A stretch of DNA of 56,367 bases from Mesotaenium endlicherianum. Its lineage: Eukaryota. The stretch spans positions 154,338 through 210,704 of the forward strand of contig WELA01001426.1 of assembly GCA_009602735.1 (NCBI GenBank), in the 5' to 3' direction. Positions 11,864 to 25,139 of the stretch are shown here, piece by piece. Each line of letters starts with the position of its first letter. The first letter of the stretch is position 1. Under the pieces are notes generated by a model. That model was given only the letters and a program-made list of their open reading frames with translations, made no database searches and was not told the origin of the DNA. The position numbers and the translations under genes were made by a program.

Positions 11864-13710
11864 GCGGCAATTACGAACTAAAACTTCAAATCTGCTTAAT
11901 TACAAAAATCTAGTACTACTTCAAAACTTATTGCAAAACTAGTACCCAAACATGTAAAGCCACGTAGGACTTACGAGAAAGTGTGACGTGCCAAATAAAT
12001 TCGCACGCGAGCCCTCCTGACACGACAATCCTCTCGTTCGATTACAAATCATGGGGGGGAAACTGGGCGCTGGTTTTCCGAGATTTTGAATTCGGAGCCT
12101 TCAATTTTTGTATCTTGTCACTAGATTTTTTCAAATTTGATTTCAGGGCGCTATTAATACATCACTAATTCACTATACTAATTTCGACATTTTGATTTCA
12201 GGGCGCTGATTTAAAACCTTAATTTTTTGGCGCTATTTCACCCGGATTCTCGAAGAGAGTTTCCCCCCCATGTTACAAACTTTTCCACACCACTTTTCTC
12301 TCTGACCTATCTTCGGGTGACCAAACTTCCCAAGGACTCCAAACAATTTTCTCCACATGTATTTTTCATCCCCTTTCTTGCGCTTTTATTTTTTAAACCC
12401 TGTATGTTCACAAACTATATTCATCTCATTCTCCACTATTTCATGTAGGACACATCAAGCTATTATAGCGGCTGCAAAAAAAGGGGTTAATTCTAATGGC
12501 ACATTGCCATTGAGGTTGTCTGTGGATCTCCTTTCTTCTTTCTGTAGTGAAACAGATAGATAAAGTACTCAGTGATATATAATACTTCATTCATTCAAGA
12601 CAAGGATCTTTGAACACAAGTGGTAGCTTCTTGAAAGAGAGATGGCTTCTTGAAAGTTAATATATATCTGGAATTTTGGCAAGTACAAGAGTGATTCTAG
12701 AATGTCTTTCTATGTTCTAGCTCTTGTTTATATACTTGCTACATAAGTAGTGTCTAGGAAGGTGTATGGTGATGTGTTGGCACCCAACACGTCCCAAAAC
12801 TTGCCCTCTTTCTAGAATAATGAACGCATGTCCTTTTGACCTAAAAATGGCACATTTGACTTTTGCCACATGGAGTTCTTCTAGGTCCTTCCTCTAACTT
12901 TGAAAATGCCTTAGAAGGTTCAAAGGACATGAACCAAGTTACTAGAGTATCATTCACACTTGACTCCACGCAATACTACTCCAGATATATTCAAAAGCAT
13001 TGAAATATATGCAAACTAATATATTCTAACTCAAATCACTACGCTTTCTAAGCTTGTCGCACCGACTTTAACTGCGCATTCATGGGTACTCAAGGAATGT
13101 AGTTAGACTCCTATTCGGGTGGTGAAAGAATGTAGAGGTACTAAGCAAGTTCACCCCCCAAGCTTCATCCAGCTAGATTTATAAGAAGTAGTTTGTTGGA
13201 CCAATGGGTTAGGTCTTGGGTTTGCATCCTTTTTCAATTTTCGATATGAGAGGATGACCCTGCTACGTAAACCCTAACTCGTACCCCAAGCACTCAAAAG
13301 GGCTTGCCTAACCTGCCGCCGTTTAGACCAAGCTATAGAGTTATAAGTGTCGTCTTTGAACTGAAGGCGCGTCAAAGGGATTCAAGCCCTTGGAGAGTTT
13401 TGGAGTGTGAAAATGAAGGACAAAAGTGAGGTAGCAACAAGTGTGTCCACCCAAAAGTTGGCGTTTCTTGGGCACTTTGTTTTGTGAAACTTGGTCAGTT
13501 AGAAACGTGGTGTGGAATATTATGGTGCCGAAAGAGAGCAGGAGTGTGTCAGGAAGGCTCGCGTGCAAATTTGTGTGGCACGTCATACTTTCGCGTAAGG
13601 CCTACATGGACTAGCCTTACATGTGCGGGTACTAGTTTTGTAATAAGTTTGAAAGTAGTACTAGATTTTGTAATGAAGCAAATTTGAAGAACTAATTTTG
13701 TAATTTGCAC
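11864..13710. mobile_element. Non-autonomous DNA transposon with ~180-bp imperfect terminal inverted repeats (Mutator/MULE-like)
   Basis: 11864-~12040 is the imperfect reverse complement of ~13530-13710 (shared blocks such as attacaaaa(a)tctagtactact, aaaactagtaccc, tgacgtgcca, gcacgcgagcc.tcctgacac). Flanks tttaccaa(g)/tctaccaa(g) form a near-perfect 8-9 bp TSD. No transposase ORF. Confidence 0.75.
12543..13043 (-). mobile_element. Solo LTR, family B, inserted in the MULE-like element
   Basis: Reverse complement of LTR 32445-32947; TSD CTTTC at 12538-12542 and 13044-13048. Confidence 0.92.
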
Positions 13711-14910
13711 TCTACCAAGTCAAAAATGTCACATACATTTCTTGTGTCATTCAAGCATTTGAAAGTGCTGCAGACCCACATGAGAACCGAGTGAACTTAT
13801 TTCCCTCTCATCGACTTCTTTTTTGGTCATTACTTTGCGCTCAAGCTAAAAGACTCGGAAAGACCGACAATTCACAAGTTTATAGAGAAAAAGTGATGAA
13901 AATAGCTAGGATTTTTTCATCGCATGTGTCGTGATTCACACTCTTGTTACATGCACAAGATACTTGTACTTGTTTGCTAATGTACTTTCCCTCAGCAAAA
14001 AATCAAGACTTTAGCAGGTGTTAAGAAGAGTAACCTCTGAGTTCGTTATGGCATAGTAATATGATATATTAATTAAGATGTGAAGAAAGGACAAAGTCTT
14101 CAAGAGGTTTGGATGGAAATATGCATGGGACAATCCATGGCTTAACACCATCGTCAATTCCCCCTCCACCGGCCCAGTTTTACTCAATATTGATGATCTT
14201 TCAATCCAGCTTGCACGTACACCCACTCCCATACACCTGGATGCACTTGCGTATGCGATCCTCACATAACCTTGTAAAGGGTTTAGGAGAATGCTTATGT
14301 CCCCAACTTGTCATGCCATAGCGCCACAATAACATGTGGGACTCTGGCACAACTTGGAGGACGGCCTTCACCAATTATGACATTTACATCAGGTTGTCAC
14401 ATACGATACAATGAAATATTAGCCTCCATTATGTATGGGGAATTGAAAGCATGTGGAGGTAAGTGAAATTGAACAAATACCGAAGCGGCTCAAATTGGTT
14501 GACGCCAAAAGCGATGGATAGTGATCTTGTGTTGATCTAGATAGCTTCCAAGGTGTATATTTTTTGGTTCCTAATCTGTATATTAGGTAAGACAGTATTT
14601 CAAAATCATGGATATACCAGGCAGCTTGTAACTTAAATGAACGGCATATAGATTTTTACTCTGCAAGATTTCACGATTCGCAAAAGAGGTCGCAATTTCT
14701 CAATGGTCCTCGTGGTTTCAAAATTGCCAATAAACACAGATCACTGCATTTATTTGTTTGAGGAAAGTTTTCTGTCCGTTTGTCGTGGTACAATCTCCTT
14801 AAATAAGAAATTTAACACATATGAACAATTTACAATACATGAACAAAAATAGTATTTTCAATTCAATCCATTTTTGCTCCAATATTTTAAGTTCAATGTT
14901 TCACTCAAAT

Positions 14911-15632
14911 TGAAATGAATCGACTTACCAATTAGGCGATTAACAATTAATAAAGATCTTTAAATCAGCAAGTAATCTTTATGGTATTTTCCGTTAACTG
15001 GTTAAACGGCAAAGGACAATACACTAGCAGTGAATAGTACTCGTAAGTCAAACGCGAGTAAACTAGCATCAATAATGCAAATCAGTAAACTCGTACATAA
15101 GCAAGGTTAGAAGACAGTGCGTATCAATGGCTTCTCGCCTTGGATTCAGATCTCTCTCAGTAAGCTGTACAAGAGAGTTGGCCTCGTTTCCGAATGCCGA
15201 ACTCGAGAGCAATGCCTAGCATATGTACATGGAATGAGTTTACTGTTCAACGGCCAGTGCGATGGCACCGCCTACCCGGGAGTTAACCACGTTGGTAGGA
15301 CCTCGGTTAACCAAATCCACCGCCATCTCCCATCATCCCGAATCGCCATCCATCATAGGGATGTCATCTGGCCATTCATCTAGCATACCACACTTAGATG
15401 CATATCGAGGCAGTTCGCTGCTACCGAGTACGGAAGTCAGCTGGCTGTCAAAGAATGTGTCAACAAGCTGACTTAAGCTGACATCAGCCTGCTGCTTCCG
15501 GCTGAGTCATTAAACTGATATTTAAATATAACGTCCAGCAGACTGATCATTAACTAGAGTTCAGCAGGCTAAACTTATTTAACAATATTATTTAAATGAA
15601 TATTATGTCAACCAATATACTGATTCATTACA
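14911..15632 (-). repeat. 3' LTR of A1
   Basis: Near-identical to 23011-23726; adjacent PPT AAGTTGGAGGGAT on minus strand. Confidence 0.96.
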
Positions 15633-15717
15633 ATCCCTCCAACTTATGATGTTGTCGCCTCGACAACACTAACACTAATAACAGCGTGTTGTCCCTTCCG
15701 TCCCCAGCCTACTGCCA

Positions 15718-17385
15718 TTAGGAGGGAGATGTCCCTGAGGCCCTATACTCAGGGGAGCCAGACCTCCTCCTGTCTTGGGGTCTTCTGAAGCCTGTCAGAG
15801 AGGGAGGTTCCGTGTAAGGACCCGGCGGAGAACGCAGTAACTAGGCTGTTTCCTCCTGCACAGTCTGAAACTGAAGGGAGGCAGCCTTCTCCTGGGCAGC
15901 CCTCAAACTGACAGGTACGTATACCGGCATACCAGAAGGATGTTGCATGACATGAGCCAAGGGTACATGCCCTCTCTGCGAGGGAGATGCTGGCAGGCCC
16001 CTGGCTATCTCTCGAGCAGCCCTCCTGTCTGCCCTGTCTGACTGGGTCTTCGTGCCTGCAGATGGGCTCTGTCCTCTGGCAGTTCCCAGCCAAGTGATAT
16101 CCTCCTCTTCAACGAGTTGCTGCAGGGCCAACCCCGTCTTCTCCCTTACAGGGGATGTGGCAGGTGTCAGGATCACGGCGGGGCTAGTGTCCTCCTCCTT
16201 GCCTTCCTCCTCGTCTTCCTCTGACTCCTCCTCCTCGCCGTCCCCGGGTTCCTCTGAGACTTCTGGGGTCTCTTCTGTCAGCTGCTCCAGCTCTTCCCGA
16301 GAAAAAGAATATCCTACTGACCTTCCCCTTTTGGGTGCTGGTGGGGGCTGCTGAGTCCGGACCGCATAGAGGTCCTTTTCCCCCTGCTTACTTGCCCATT
16401 TGGCATAAGCGTGCTTCCCTTTGGAGAATGACTCTCGGGCCCTGCTTCTGTCCCCCTGCATCTCTTGGCTCATGCAGTCTCTGACTCCATCCAATCTTGG
16501 GTCCCAAGCCGCAATGTGAGGGGGCAATACTATGTTCCCCTTTAGGTCTGTCAGGAAATCCTCATCCGTCGCCCTGTCATTCTGCTGGTCCCTCATGTTG
16601 ATGGTCATCCACCGCCAATCAGTGGGCTTTTGGAAGAAGGCAGCGTCTGTCTTTTTAAGAGTACAAGGGTACCAGTGCCCTGCAAAGTCCAGCTGACTGG
16701 TTTCTCTGGCCAAGAATTCCCAGCTCCTCCTCTCCACCTCATTGTACATGGCCTTGAACCTGTTGTGGGGTGTTGAGTCCTTGAAGCTGTCCGCGTCCAT
16801 GGGGATCATCCTGATGACCCTATCTGCCCCCCAGATACCAGGAATCGAGACAGCTCCTGCTTCGTTCACCTGGGCCATTGCCTTGGCCTCTCCGATGGTA
16901 TATCCTACCATCCTGGCGTAATCGTGGTAGAGGAGGAGCCCTGTGCCGACCTCTATATACTTGTCAAAGTTTTCGGATGTCTCCCCTTCCTTCTGGAGGA
17001 TTTCCTTCTGCGACTCACTGCGACTTCTCTGGGCATACTTGAAGGCCTCCTCCAGTAGATCAAAGCCCTTGCCCAGCACCGTGTAGCGGTAGCTGCTGAT
17101 TCTCCTCTGTTCTTCTTCTTCAGCCTGCTGCTTCCGCTTCTCCTCAGCTTGCCTCTCCTCCTCTGCTTTCTTAACCTCCTCTGCAGCTTTTCTGTCCATT
17201 TCTTCTTGCCTCAGTCTGGCCTGTTCCTCCTCCTCCTTCTTCTTCTGTGCCTCGCGCTGTTGTTGGAGTCGTTGTGATTCCCGAGCGGAGATGGAAGATG
17301 ATTCGATGTCTCCACGGAAGTGCAAGTATTTTGCATGTGCCTCTTCCGCCCTTCTCTTCCTCTTGAGTTCCGACTTTTGAGTCAT
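15718..17385 (-). CDS. Family-A extra ORF3, type a (unknown function); ~555 codons with a probable premature TAG at 15841-15843
   Basis: ORF 15841-17394 in the track. ATG at 17385 follows a CAG|G acceptor. Similarity to type b continues past the TAG (LLRSPPGP..GFRRPQDR vs ILRSPRGP..FFRRPADR) to an in-frame TAA at 15718. Confidence 0.85.
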
Positions 17386-17708
17386 CCTGCTCAATCATAA
17401 ACACAATGCAGTTAGTGAAGTCATGATATTTTGCCGCTACTGAGTGCCCTTGATGAAGAGGAACGCGATCGAGAGAGTTCCTAGTGTGGAATACCTGGTG
17501 TGAGTGAATATAAGGGAAAATTGAGTTAGAGAGCAAGTGAGTGTGAGCGCAAGTTGAGTGTGTAATATGGTGATCAGAGAATACCACTCCCTCCAACTTA
17601 ATTTTAAAGGTGGGCTGCGTGTCACAACTGTTACTAACTGTCACATCCCCCTCCACTTATATGGAGACAGGACCTCCTGTCACCTTCCCATGTCTACTGA
17701 AGGGACAG

Positions 17709-20700
17709 TTAGGGCGATGCCCCAGCCGCCCGAAGGTGGAACCATTTCAACGCCCCTTTGGCATTGGTCAGCTGGTCTTCAAATTCCCAAGTGTCCCCAG
17801 AGGCATCGTAACCCTTCCATCGGATGAGGTACTTCATGACATATTTAGACAATCGACGGACCGAGCGTGCGTCTGAAATCTCATCGACCTCATATTCCTC
17901 AGGATCGCCGTGCCGGACAGCGGGGACCGGTCCCGGTTGGACAGGTAACCGCCCTGTGAACAATGAATCACCTTTGATGTATGGTTCCAGGAAGGAGACA
18001 TTAAAGACCGGGTGACCCTTGTAGTCAGCTGACATGTTCAGTTTGTAAGCATTCTGACCGACACGACGGACCACCGAATATGGACCGACCCAGACAGGGC
18101 CAAGCTTTTTCTTGACCACACCAGGGAGGTACAGGTGCTCAGAATGCAGTTTGACTAAATCCCCCTTGGAAAATGTCAGTTCCCGACGGTGTTGATTAGC
18201 GTATTTTTGTTGGTTTTCTTGGGCTGTGTGCAAGTTTTGTTGGACTTCTGACAGGGTGTCAGCAAACTCCTGAGTTAACTGGAGGGAGACCGGGTTGTCA
18301 ATCCCTTCAGGGTGAGTTAAAGACCCCCTCAGTACATCTAAAGGAGACTTAGGGACTCTACCCAGGCTGAGTTCAAAAGGAGTCGTGCCCGTTGACGTGT
18401 GCACCGCACTGCTGACCGCAAACTGAATTTGAGGCAACAGGTCATCCCAATTATCTTGTTTTTGGTTAATATATGCTCTCAGCACCTCCTGCAGAACTTG
18501 GTTAGTTTTTTCAGTCTGCCCATCAGTCTGAGGGTGGTTTGCTGTGCTGAGCAGCTGTTTGACTCCCATTAACCCCATTAAAGCTCTCCAGAACTTAGAG
18601 GTGAATTTTGAGTCTCTGTCTGAGATGATATTAGAAGGGAGCCCATGTTGGCATACTACATGGTTGTAAAACTGTCTCGCTGTTTCGAGTGCAGTCACTT
18701 TGACAGTTGTGGGGATAAAAATGACCATTTTTGTCAGTTTATCCACGACTACCAGTATTGAATCATGCCCGTTGGCAGTTCTTGGTAGTGAGACCACCCA
18801 GTCCATGGATATAGTTTCCCAGCGTCCCGCTGGGATGGGTAGCGGTTGCAAGAGACCTCCGGGTGGTGTGTGCCGAGACTTATTTCTCTGACACTGGTCA
18901 CAGGACTTGACATATTTCAAGACCTCCCGGGGTAACCCCTCCCAATGATAATGTTTTGCCAGTTTGCCAACAGTTTTGGCCTGCCCCAAATGTCCACCCA
19001 GGAGACTGTCATGAGCTTGACTCAGTAAGAGAGACCTTATTTCCAAATTATTAGGAATGACCAGCTTCAGCCTGCCTGAAGTGGTTTCAGTCACCCAGAC
19101 CCCTCCCTTGAGCTTATACCCGAGTGCAGTAGCACGACACACACCAGTAGTGGGGCTGGGCTCAAATGTTGGGTCAGAAAGGTAGGCTTTCCTAAGTTGT
19201 TCAAGGAAGGACTTTTTCACCTTTAGTGAAGTGAGTGCACACAGGACTTTATCTACAGCATGCTGACTAAAGTTCCTTTCTTGCAAGTCAGGTCTTCTAG
19301 AGAGTGCATCAGCAGGATTCAACTTCCCTGGTTTGTAGTCGATCTGGACTTGGAACTGCTCCAGCATCTGGCTCCAGCGGTTCTCCCTCCTCGACAGCTT
19401 GGACTTCTTCTGAAAGTGGGTCAGAGCTAGATGATCTGTAATCACCTTAAAAGCTTTACCATGTAAGTATGCTCTCCACTGTTTGAGTACATGAATGATA
19501 GCTAGCAGCTCTTTATCATGCACTGAGTAATTAATCTCCGCTGGATTAAATTTCATAGACTCGTACAACACAGGGTGCCACTCCTGCCGTACCTTACCAT
19601 CCTTTGTGGTCTTGTCAGCAGGCTGCAACAAAATAGCACCCATGGCAAAGTCAGAGGCATCAGTGACCACCTGCACGGGTTTGATGGAAACATACACGGC
19701 TAGCACTGGGGCAGAACAAAGGGCCTCTTTAAGGGTTTAGAAGGCAGCCTGCTGCTCTTCCCCCACACATACCCTATGTCTTTCTTAGTAAGGTCAGTCA
19801 GTTTACTGGCCTTTGTGGAATAATTCTCAATAAATCTCCTATAGTAGTTAGCCAACCCGAGGAAGGATCTAACTTCAGAGACAGACTGTGGTACTGGCCA
19901 GTCCCTTATGGTCTGGACTTTCTTAGGATCCACACTGATGCCCTCTTTACTGACAACGTGGCCTAAGAATTCAATACTTTCCTTAAAGAAATCACACTTG
20001 CTCATTTTAGCATACAAGTGATTTTTCCGCAGAGTGTCCAGCACTTTCTTTAAGTGTTCAGTGTGCTGAGCTTCATCTTTAGAGAAAATTAAAATATCAT
20101 CCAGGAAAACTTGCACAAACTTATCCAAATAAGGTCTGAAAATGTCATTCATAGCACCCATGAAGGTAGCAGGAGCATTAGTCAGTCCAAATGGCATCAC
20201 GTTGAACTCATAGTGTCCATAACGTGTGCGGAAAGCAGTCTTGTGTTCATCCCCCTCAGCAATTCTGATTTGATGATAACCACTCTTGAGATCTATCTTA
20301 CTGAACACCTTAGCGCCAGACAGGGTATCAAGCAAGTCCTCGATCCTGGGTAAAGCATACTTGTTCTTTACTGTAATTCTGTTCAGGGCTCTGTAATCCA
20401 CACACATCCGCATACTGCCATCCTTTTTCTTAACAAATAGGATGGGTGCACCATAAAGTGATTTACTGGGAGAAATATAACCATTTTCCTCAAGCTCTGC
20501 AATCTGTGTTTTCAACTCCTCGCTCTCCACATAAGACAAGCCATANNNNNNNNNNNNNNNNNNNNNNNNNNNNNNNCCAAGTACTAAATCAATCCTATGA
20601 TCTACTTCCCGCTTAGGGGGTAGTCCTGGAGGCATATTAAATACATCCGTGTACTGAGCAACAATGTTTGCAGCAGTAGGGTGTTCCGGAGGGTGTACCT

Positions 20701-21523
20701 TTTTCTCAACCACTTCTTCAGGTTGAGGAGGTACCTCTCTTAGCAGCAGACAGAACATTCTGTCTTCCTTCTAATTCCAGCTTTTGACGAACTCCATTGC
20801 ATTCAGCAACTTGCATCCTTCTGGAAGCCTCTTCTTTTCCTTCATTTGCCATCCACACAGGACAAGAGGAAGAGCACTGGTGGGTGCCAAGTCAGTCTGC
20901 CCATCACTGGCTCCTCTCACTTTAACTGTACCTCTGCTCCAACACACTTCAGCTTGATGTCTATTAAGCCAGGACCTGCCTAGCACGAGATCATAAAAGC
21001 CAGTGTTGAGTACCTCAAATGTAAGCGTTTCAGTTAGAACTGCAATGCCAGAATCTAACTGGACCTCAATAGGCTTGGTTATAACTCCTCCCGGGATACT
21101 TGAGGCATCTCTAAGGAATATTTTTCTAATCCCTTGGGTGACAGTAGGCAGCCTTAGCCGCTTAACTAAGTCCTTGTGGATAAAAGTATGTGACGCCCCT
21201 CCGTCAACAAATGCCCTCACCTTCCTACCTGCAATCATGCAATGCAGTAGGATAGGGGGGACTGTCTTTTCCTGACTTTTCCATTGTTCTCCTGACTTAG
21301 CAAAGAAATGTTGGACATTAGGTGGAACAAGAGCATCCAGAGTGTGCACTCTCTGGACGTCTATATTGTTGATGGTCTCCTTTATCTGGTTGTCAGGCAT
21401 GCATAGTGAATCCAGTTCAGCAGGACCCATATTACCTGCTACGAGGGCAGCTAGTGACGACTCACTATCTCTAGCATCCTCACAGTCAATAGACTGGATT
21501 ACCGACTGTTGTTGTCTTTTATA
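17709..21523 (-). pseudogene. pol: pol of A1 (protease, RT, RNase H, integrase, chromodomain), disrupted
   Basis: Motifs [35 protein letters not shown] integrase, [14 protein letters not shown]. In-frame TAG at 20771 and frameshift near 19760 relative to A2; small N gap 20546-20576. Confidence 0.93.
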
Positions 21524-22976
21524 GGCTGGTCTTTTCTCTCGACCTTCGGAAGGTGCTTGACTGGACACTGTTCTCTGTAGTGGCCCAACTGCTGACAATG
21601 GTAGCAAGTGGATTTTGCTGAGGCTGGTCTCGGCTTAGTCCTACCACCACCTCTACCATAGCGCCTCGAGAGGGACCACCTCTACCTCTAGACTGTATAG
21701 CATTGTACTCCTACTCATATTCATCACCCTGATCATCCTCAGCCTGGTCTCCTTCAATTGCATTGTAGGAACCGTGGGGCTTTTTGACAATCTTAGACAC
21801 CGAAGCATTACTCTGGCGCTTGTGATTGAACTGCTGCTGATCCCAGGCATCCGCATCCTGGATCAAGTCAGCGATTTTCTCATACTTTTTCTCAGCAAAA
21901 TGACCAGAGACTTCGGATTTCAAGCCATGCTTGAAGTATGCTATCCTATACCGTTCTGGCAAGTCTGGCTGTTTCATCATGTTCTCCTGGACCTTTTGAG
22001 CAAACTCAGCAACTGAAGTGGTCTGCTTCAGTGTCAGAGAGATCATCGCATAGATAGCTTTCTCCTGCTGGTTGATGACATCAAACTTCTCATGCAACTT
22101 CTCGACAAACTCTCCCCACGTAGAGTCACCGAGTTGTCGAGCCTTACGCTCTCCTTTCCAGTAAAGCCACCAGTCTTCGGCACTGCCTTTCAGTAGCGCA
22201 CCGGTGTGACTGACCTTCTCGTAATCTTGCAGTTCTGGGTAGTTCTCCAGCCACTGCTCAACATCCGCGAGAAACTTGATCAGGTAATATTTTCTGTTTC
22301 CCTCAGGATCATAGTCCTGGGGAGGTTTCGGCTTGGGCTTACTAGGCCCTCGGCCACCACCACTAGTGGTTTGAGACCCCAGTTGGTCTCTGTCCCGCAG
22401 TAGAGACATTATGATTCTTTTGTCCTCCTGCTGGGACTGATACATGGTCGCCATTTGCGACTGCATCTGAACGAACAATGCTCCCAAGTCTACATTTTGG
22501 GGTGGTAGCTTAGCAAATGCAGCAGCAGCATTGGCATCTACTCGCTGAGTAGTGTCCTCAACAATCCCTCTTGCTCCTGCAGCAGCAATTCCTGCCGCAT
22601 TCAGCCGGTCACGTATTTGACCTAGGGGTACATTGAGTTGTACGGCAGGAGGTGGGTTCAGAACATTGGCCCTTGATGCCATAAGTTCTTCAACAGTGCG
22701 CTCGTCAGCTGGCTGTCCTTCCCTCCTTTGTATATCTTCAGCGGCCTTTGCTACTTGTTCAGCTTCTAGTCTGGCTATCTCCTCCTCAGCTTGCTGAGCT
22801 GCGACTGAGGCAATAGCAGCTGCCTCATCTGCTGCCTCTCTAACTGCAGTATCTGCCACTGCTTTAGAATAGGTACGGGTTCCCGCTACATGGCTTTCCG
22901 CCTGGTTTTCGACATTCTCGTTATCCTGGTTCTCCATGTCTCGGGAGTTGCTAGTTTGAGACCTTGTCCTTACCAT
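21499..22976 (-). pseudogene. gag: gag of A1, premature stop at 21711 and 1-bp deletion near 21662
   Basis: Near-identical to intact gag 40107-41585; TAT>TAG at 21711. Confidence 0.92.
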
Positions 22977-22997
22977 ACAAAGAAGACTGTGCTAACT

Positions 22998-23009
22998 GCT
23001 CCGATACCA
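22998..23009 (-). promoter_or_regulatory. Primer-binding site (initiator Met tRNA type) of A1
   Basis: TGGTATCGGAGC one base after the 5' LTR. Confidence 0.9.
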
Positions 23010-23010
23010 C

Positions 23011-23726
23011 TGAAATGAATCGACTTACCAATTAGGCAATTAACAATTAATAAAGATCTTTATATCAGCAAGTAATGGTATTTTCCGTTAACTGGTTAAA
23101 CGGCAAAGGACAACACACTAGCAGTGAATAGTACTCGTAAGTCAAATGCGAGTAAATTAGCATCAATAATGCAAATCAGTAAACTCATACATAAGCAAGG
23201 TTAGAAGACAGTGCGTATCAATGGCTTCTCGCCTTGGATTCAGATCTCTCTCAGTAAGCTGTACAAGAGAGTTGGCCTCGTTTCCGAATGCCGAACTCGA
23301 GAGCAATGCCTAGCATATGTACATGGAATGAGTTTACTATTCAACGGCCAGTGCGATGGCACCGCCTACCCGGGAGTTAACCACGCTGGTAGGACCTCGG
23401 TTAACCAAATCCACCGCCATCTCCCATCATCCCGAATCGTTAATTATCATAGGGATGTCATCTGGCCATTCATCTAGCATACCACACTTGGATGCATATC
23501 GAGGCAGTTCGCTGCTACCGAGTACGGAAGTCAGCTGGCTGTCAAAGAATGTGTCAGCAAGCTGACTTAAGCTGACATTAGCCTGCTGCTTTCGGCTGAG
23601 TCATTAAACTGATGTTTAAATATAACGTCCAGCAGACTGATCATTAACTAGAGTTCAGCAGGCTGAACTTATTTAACTATATTATTTAAATGAATATTAT
23701 GTCAACCAATATACTGATTCATTACA
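23011..23726 (-). repeat. 5' LTR of A1
   Basis: TGTAATGAATC...GATTCATTTCA termini; followed by PBS and gag. Confidence 0.96.
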
Positions 23727-23941
23727 CAAATGAACTGAGGTTTACACTTCCACTCAAAGAATTGAGGTAAATTTCTTAAACACCAAGCCTAGTCTTACTC
23801 GCGTTTGATGATAACTTGAATGCCGTCGTCTATCCCTTGCTATGAGATGGGGGCAAGACTCTCAATTTCCTTTGCGGCCCTAAGTAGCTAGTATGTCAAA
23901 GTTAACTACTAGAATCTTTTAGGACTTCCTTAAGCTGATAG

Positions 23942-24643
23942 TCAAAGGGGCACAGTGCCTTAGTGGAAGCGTAGTGACTCACGGCAAATCAATCTCGTTG
24001 TGATCATACTCAAAAGTGCAGCGGCATGTCAATAAGAAAGCTATGCAAAATTGCTGAACATTTCAAGTAACAAGAAAGTGCTCACAAATGAAGTAGGATA
24101 AAAGGCCTTCTCATTGCGTACCCGTAAAAATTTACAGAAGTGAAAATTGATCAAACCGAAGAAGTTATGCCTATTTATAGTTTTCTACGACGATCGCTTG
24201 CCCCTAGGAGGGATGGCCGCTTAGCTTCAAAACTTCCAAGTGTTTGTCAAATTGTCCCTTCCTGAATATTTGAGTGTATGCCAGATCAACCTGATCTGAT
24301 GTGTCGGCCGATATGACGTCCACTACATGCATCGACATTTCTAGAATATTCTATCTTAGGCGCGCTAGGCTAATCCAAACTTCTAATTAATTCGACATGG
24401 TCGGCACTTCTCCTCAACCAAAATTACGTGAAGGTTCAAATTCACTCTAACTGCCCAGATTGCTCGACACTGTCAGTTTATTCAACGGTCACGCTCACCG
24501 CAATTTAAGGACAATTGTCGACTGACCTTAAAAGTAAAATTTCAGAAGTCCATAACTTTCTCAATACTTAACCAAATTAATTCGACAAACTTTATATCAA
24601 AATGACCACACAAAAATGCACTCTACAACCCTATGACCTCACA
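23942..24643 (-). mobile_element. Solo LTR, family D (diverged, small internal deletion)
   Basis: Reverse complement of 31571-32314; TSD GATAG at 23937-23941 and 24644-24648. Confidence 0.9.
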
Positions 24644-25139
24644 GATAGAATCGTCCCCAGATTTTATACGGATACAACTCTTGGACTTGTCGTCACAACA
24701 AGAACAATCACAGTCATCATCTTCCAACCTCGTGTGTGTGTCTGAACTCGGCCTTCCAACTTCGCTTAGCTCCACTCTTTCATGTGAGTCCACTCGTCCT
24801 TTTGGCTCAACAATACAAGGGCCCTGAGGAATGTCCAGCCCTTCAAAGTCCGATCTTGGCCCAAATTTTGCGACCCCATTAATTGTTTTTTACCTCCACA
24901 CTTAAGTCCCATCAAACACTAAATCTCTTGGCTTCTTATATCTTTAATCGGTGCTACACATTCCTAGACAAGAACCCTGCAGTACACGGATTCCACCCTT
25001 GCTAATCTCTTTCTCTTCTCTTATTAGGCGCCTTGGGCTCAAACAAAGTCAAAAGCATTAGTGGTCACTTGCACAAATTTGCTAGGGTCCTATATAGCTA
25101 GAGCAGGGGCACAACATGGAGCTTTCTTGACGGTATGGA

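Larger units (their letters stand above)
14911..23726 (-). mobile_element. Ty3/gypsy chromovirus family A, copy A1 (full length, mutated), with ORF3 type a
   Basis: LTRs 23011-23726 (5') and 14911-15632 (3'), TG..CA ends; TSD CAAAT at 14906-14910 and 23727-23731; PBS 22998-23009; PPT 15633-15645; gag, PR-RT-RH-INT-chromo order. Confidence 0.97.

Noticed and set aside
14100..14400. Possible decayed integrase zinc-finger-like peptide on the minus strand (HDKLG..H..C.C)
   Set aside because: Needs frameshifts and has no supporting catalytic core; too weak without a search
15117..15383. 88-aa ORF MRINGFSPW... repeated five times (also 23211, 39596, 47701, 52618)
   Set aside because: Lies antisense inside near-identical LTRs, starts at GTG, shows non-synonymous differences between copies and is broken in the older LTRs; recurrence reflects LTR identity
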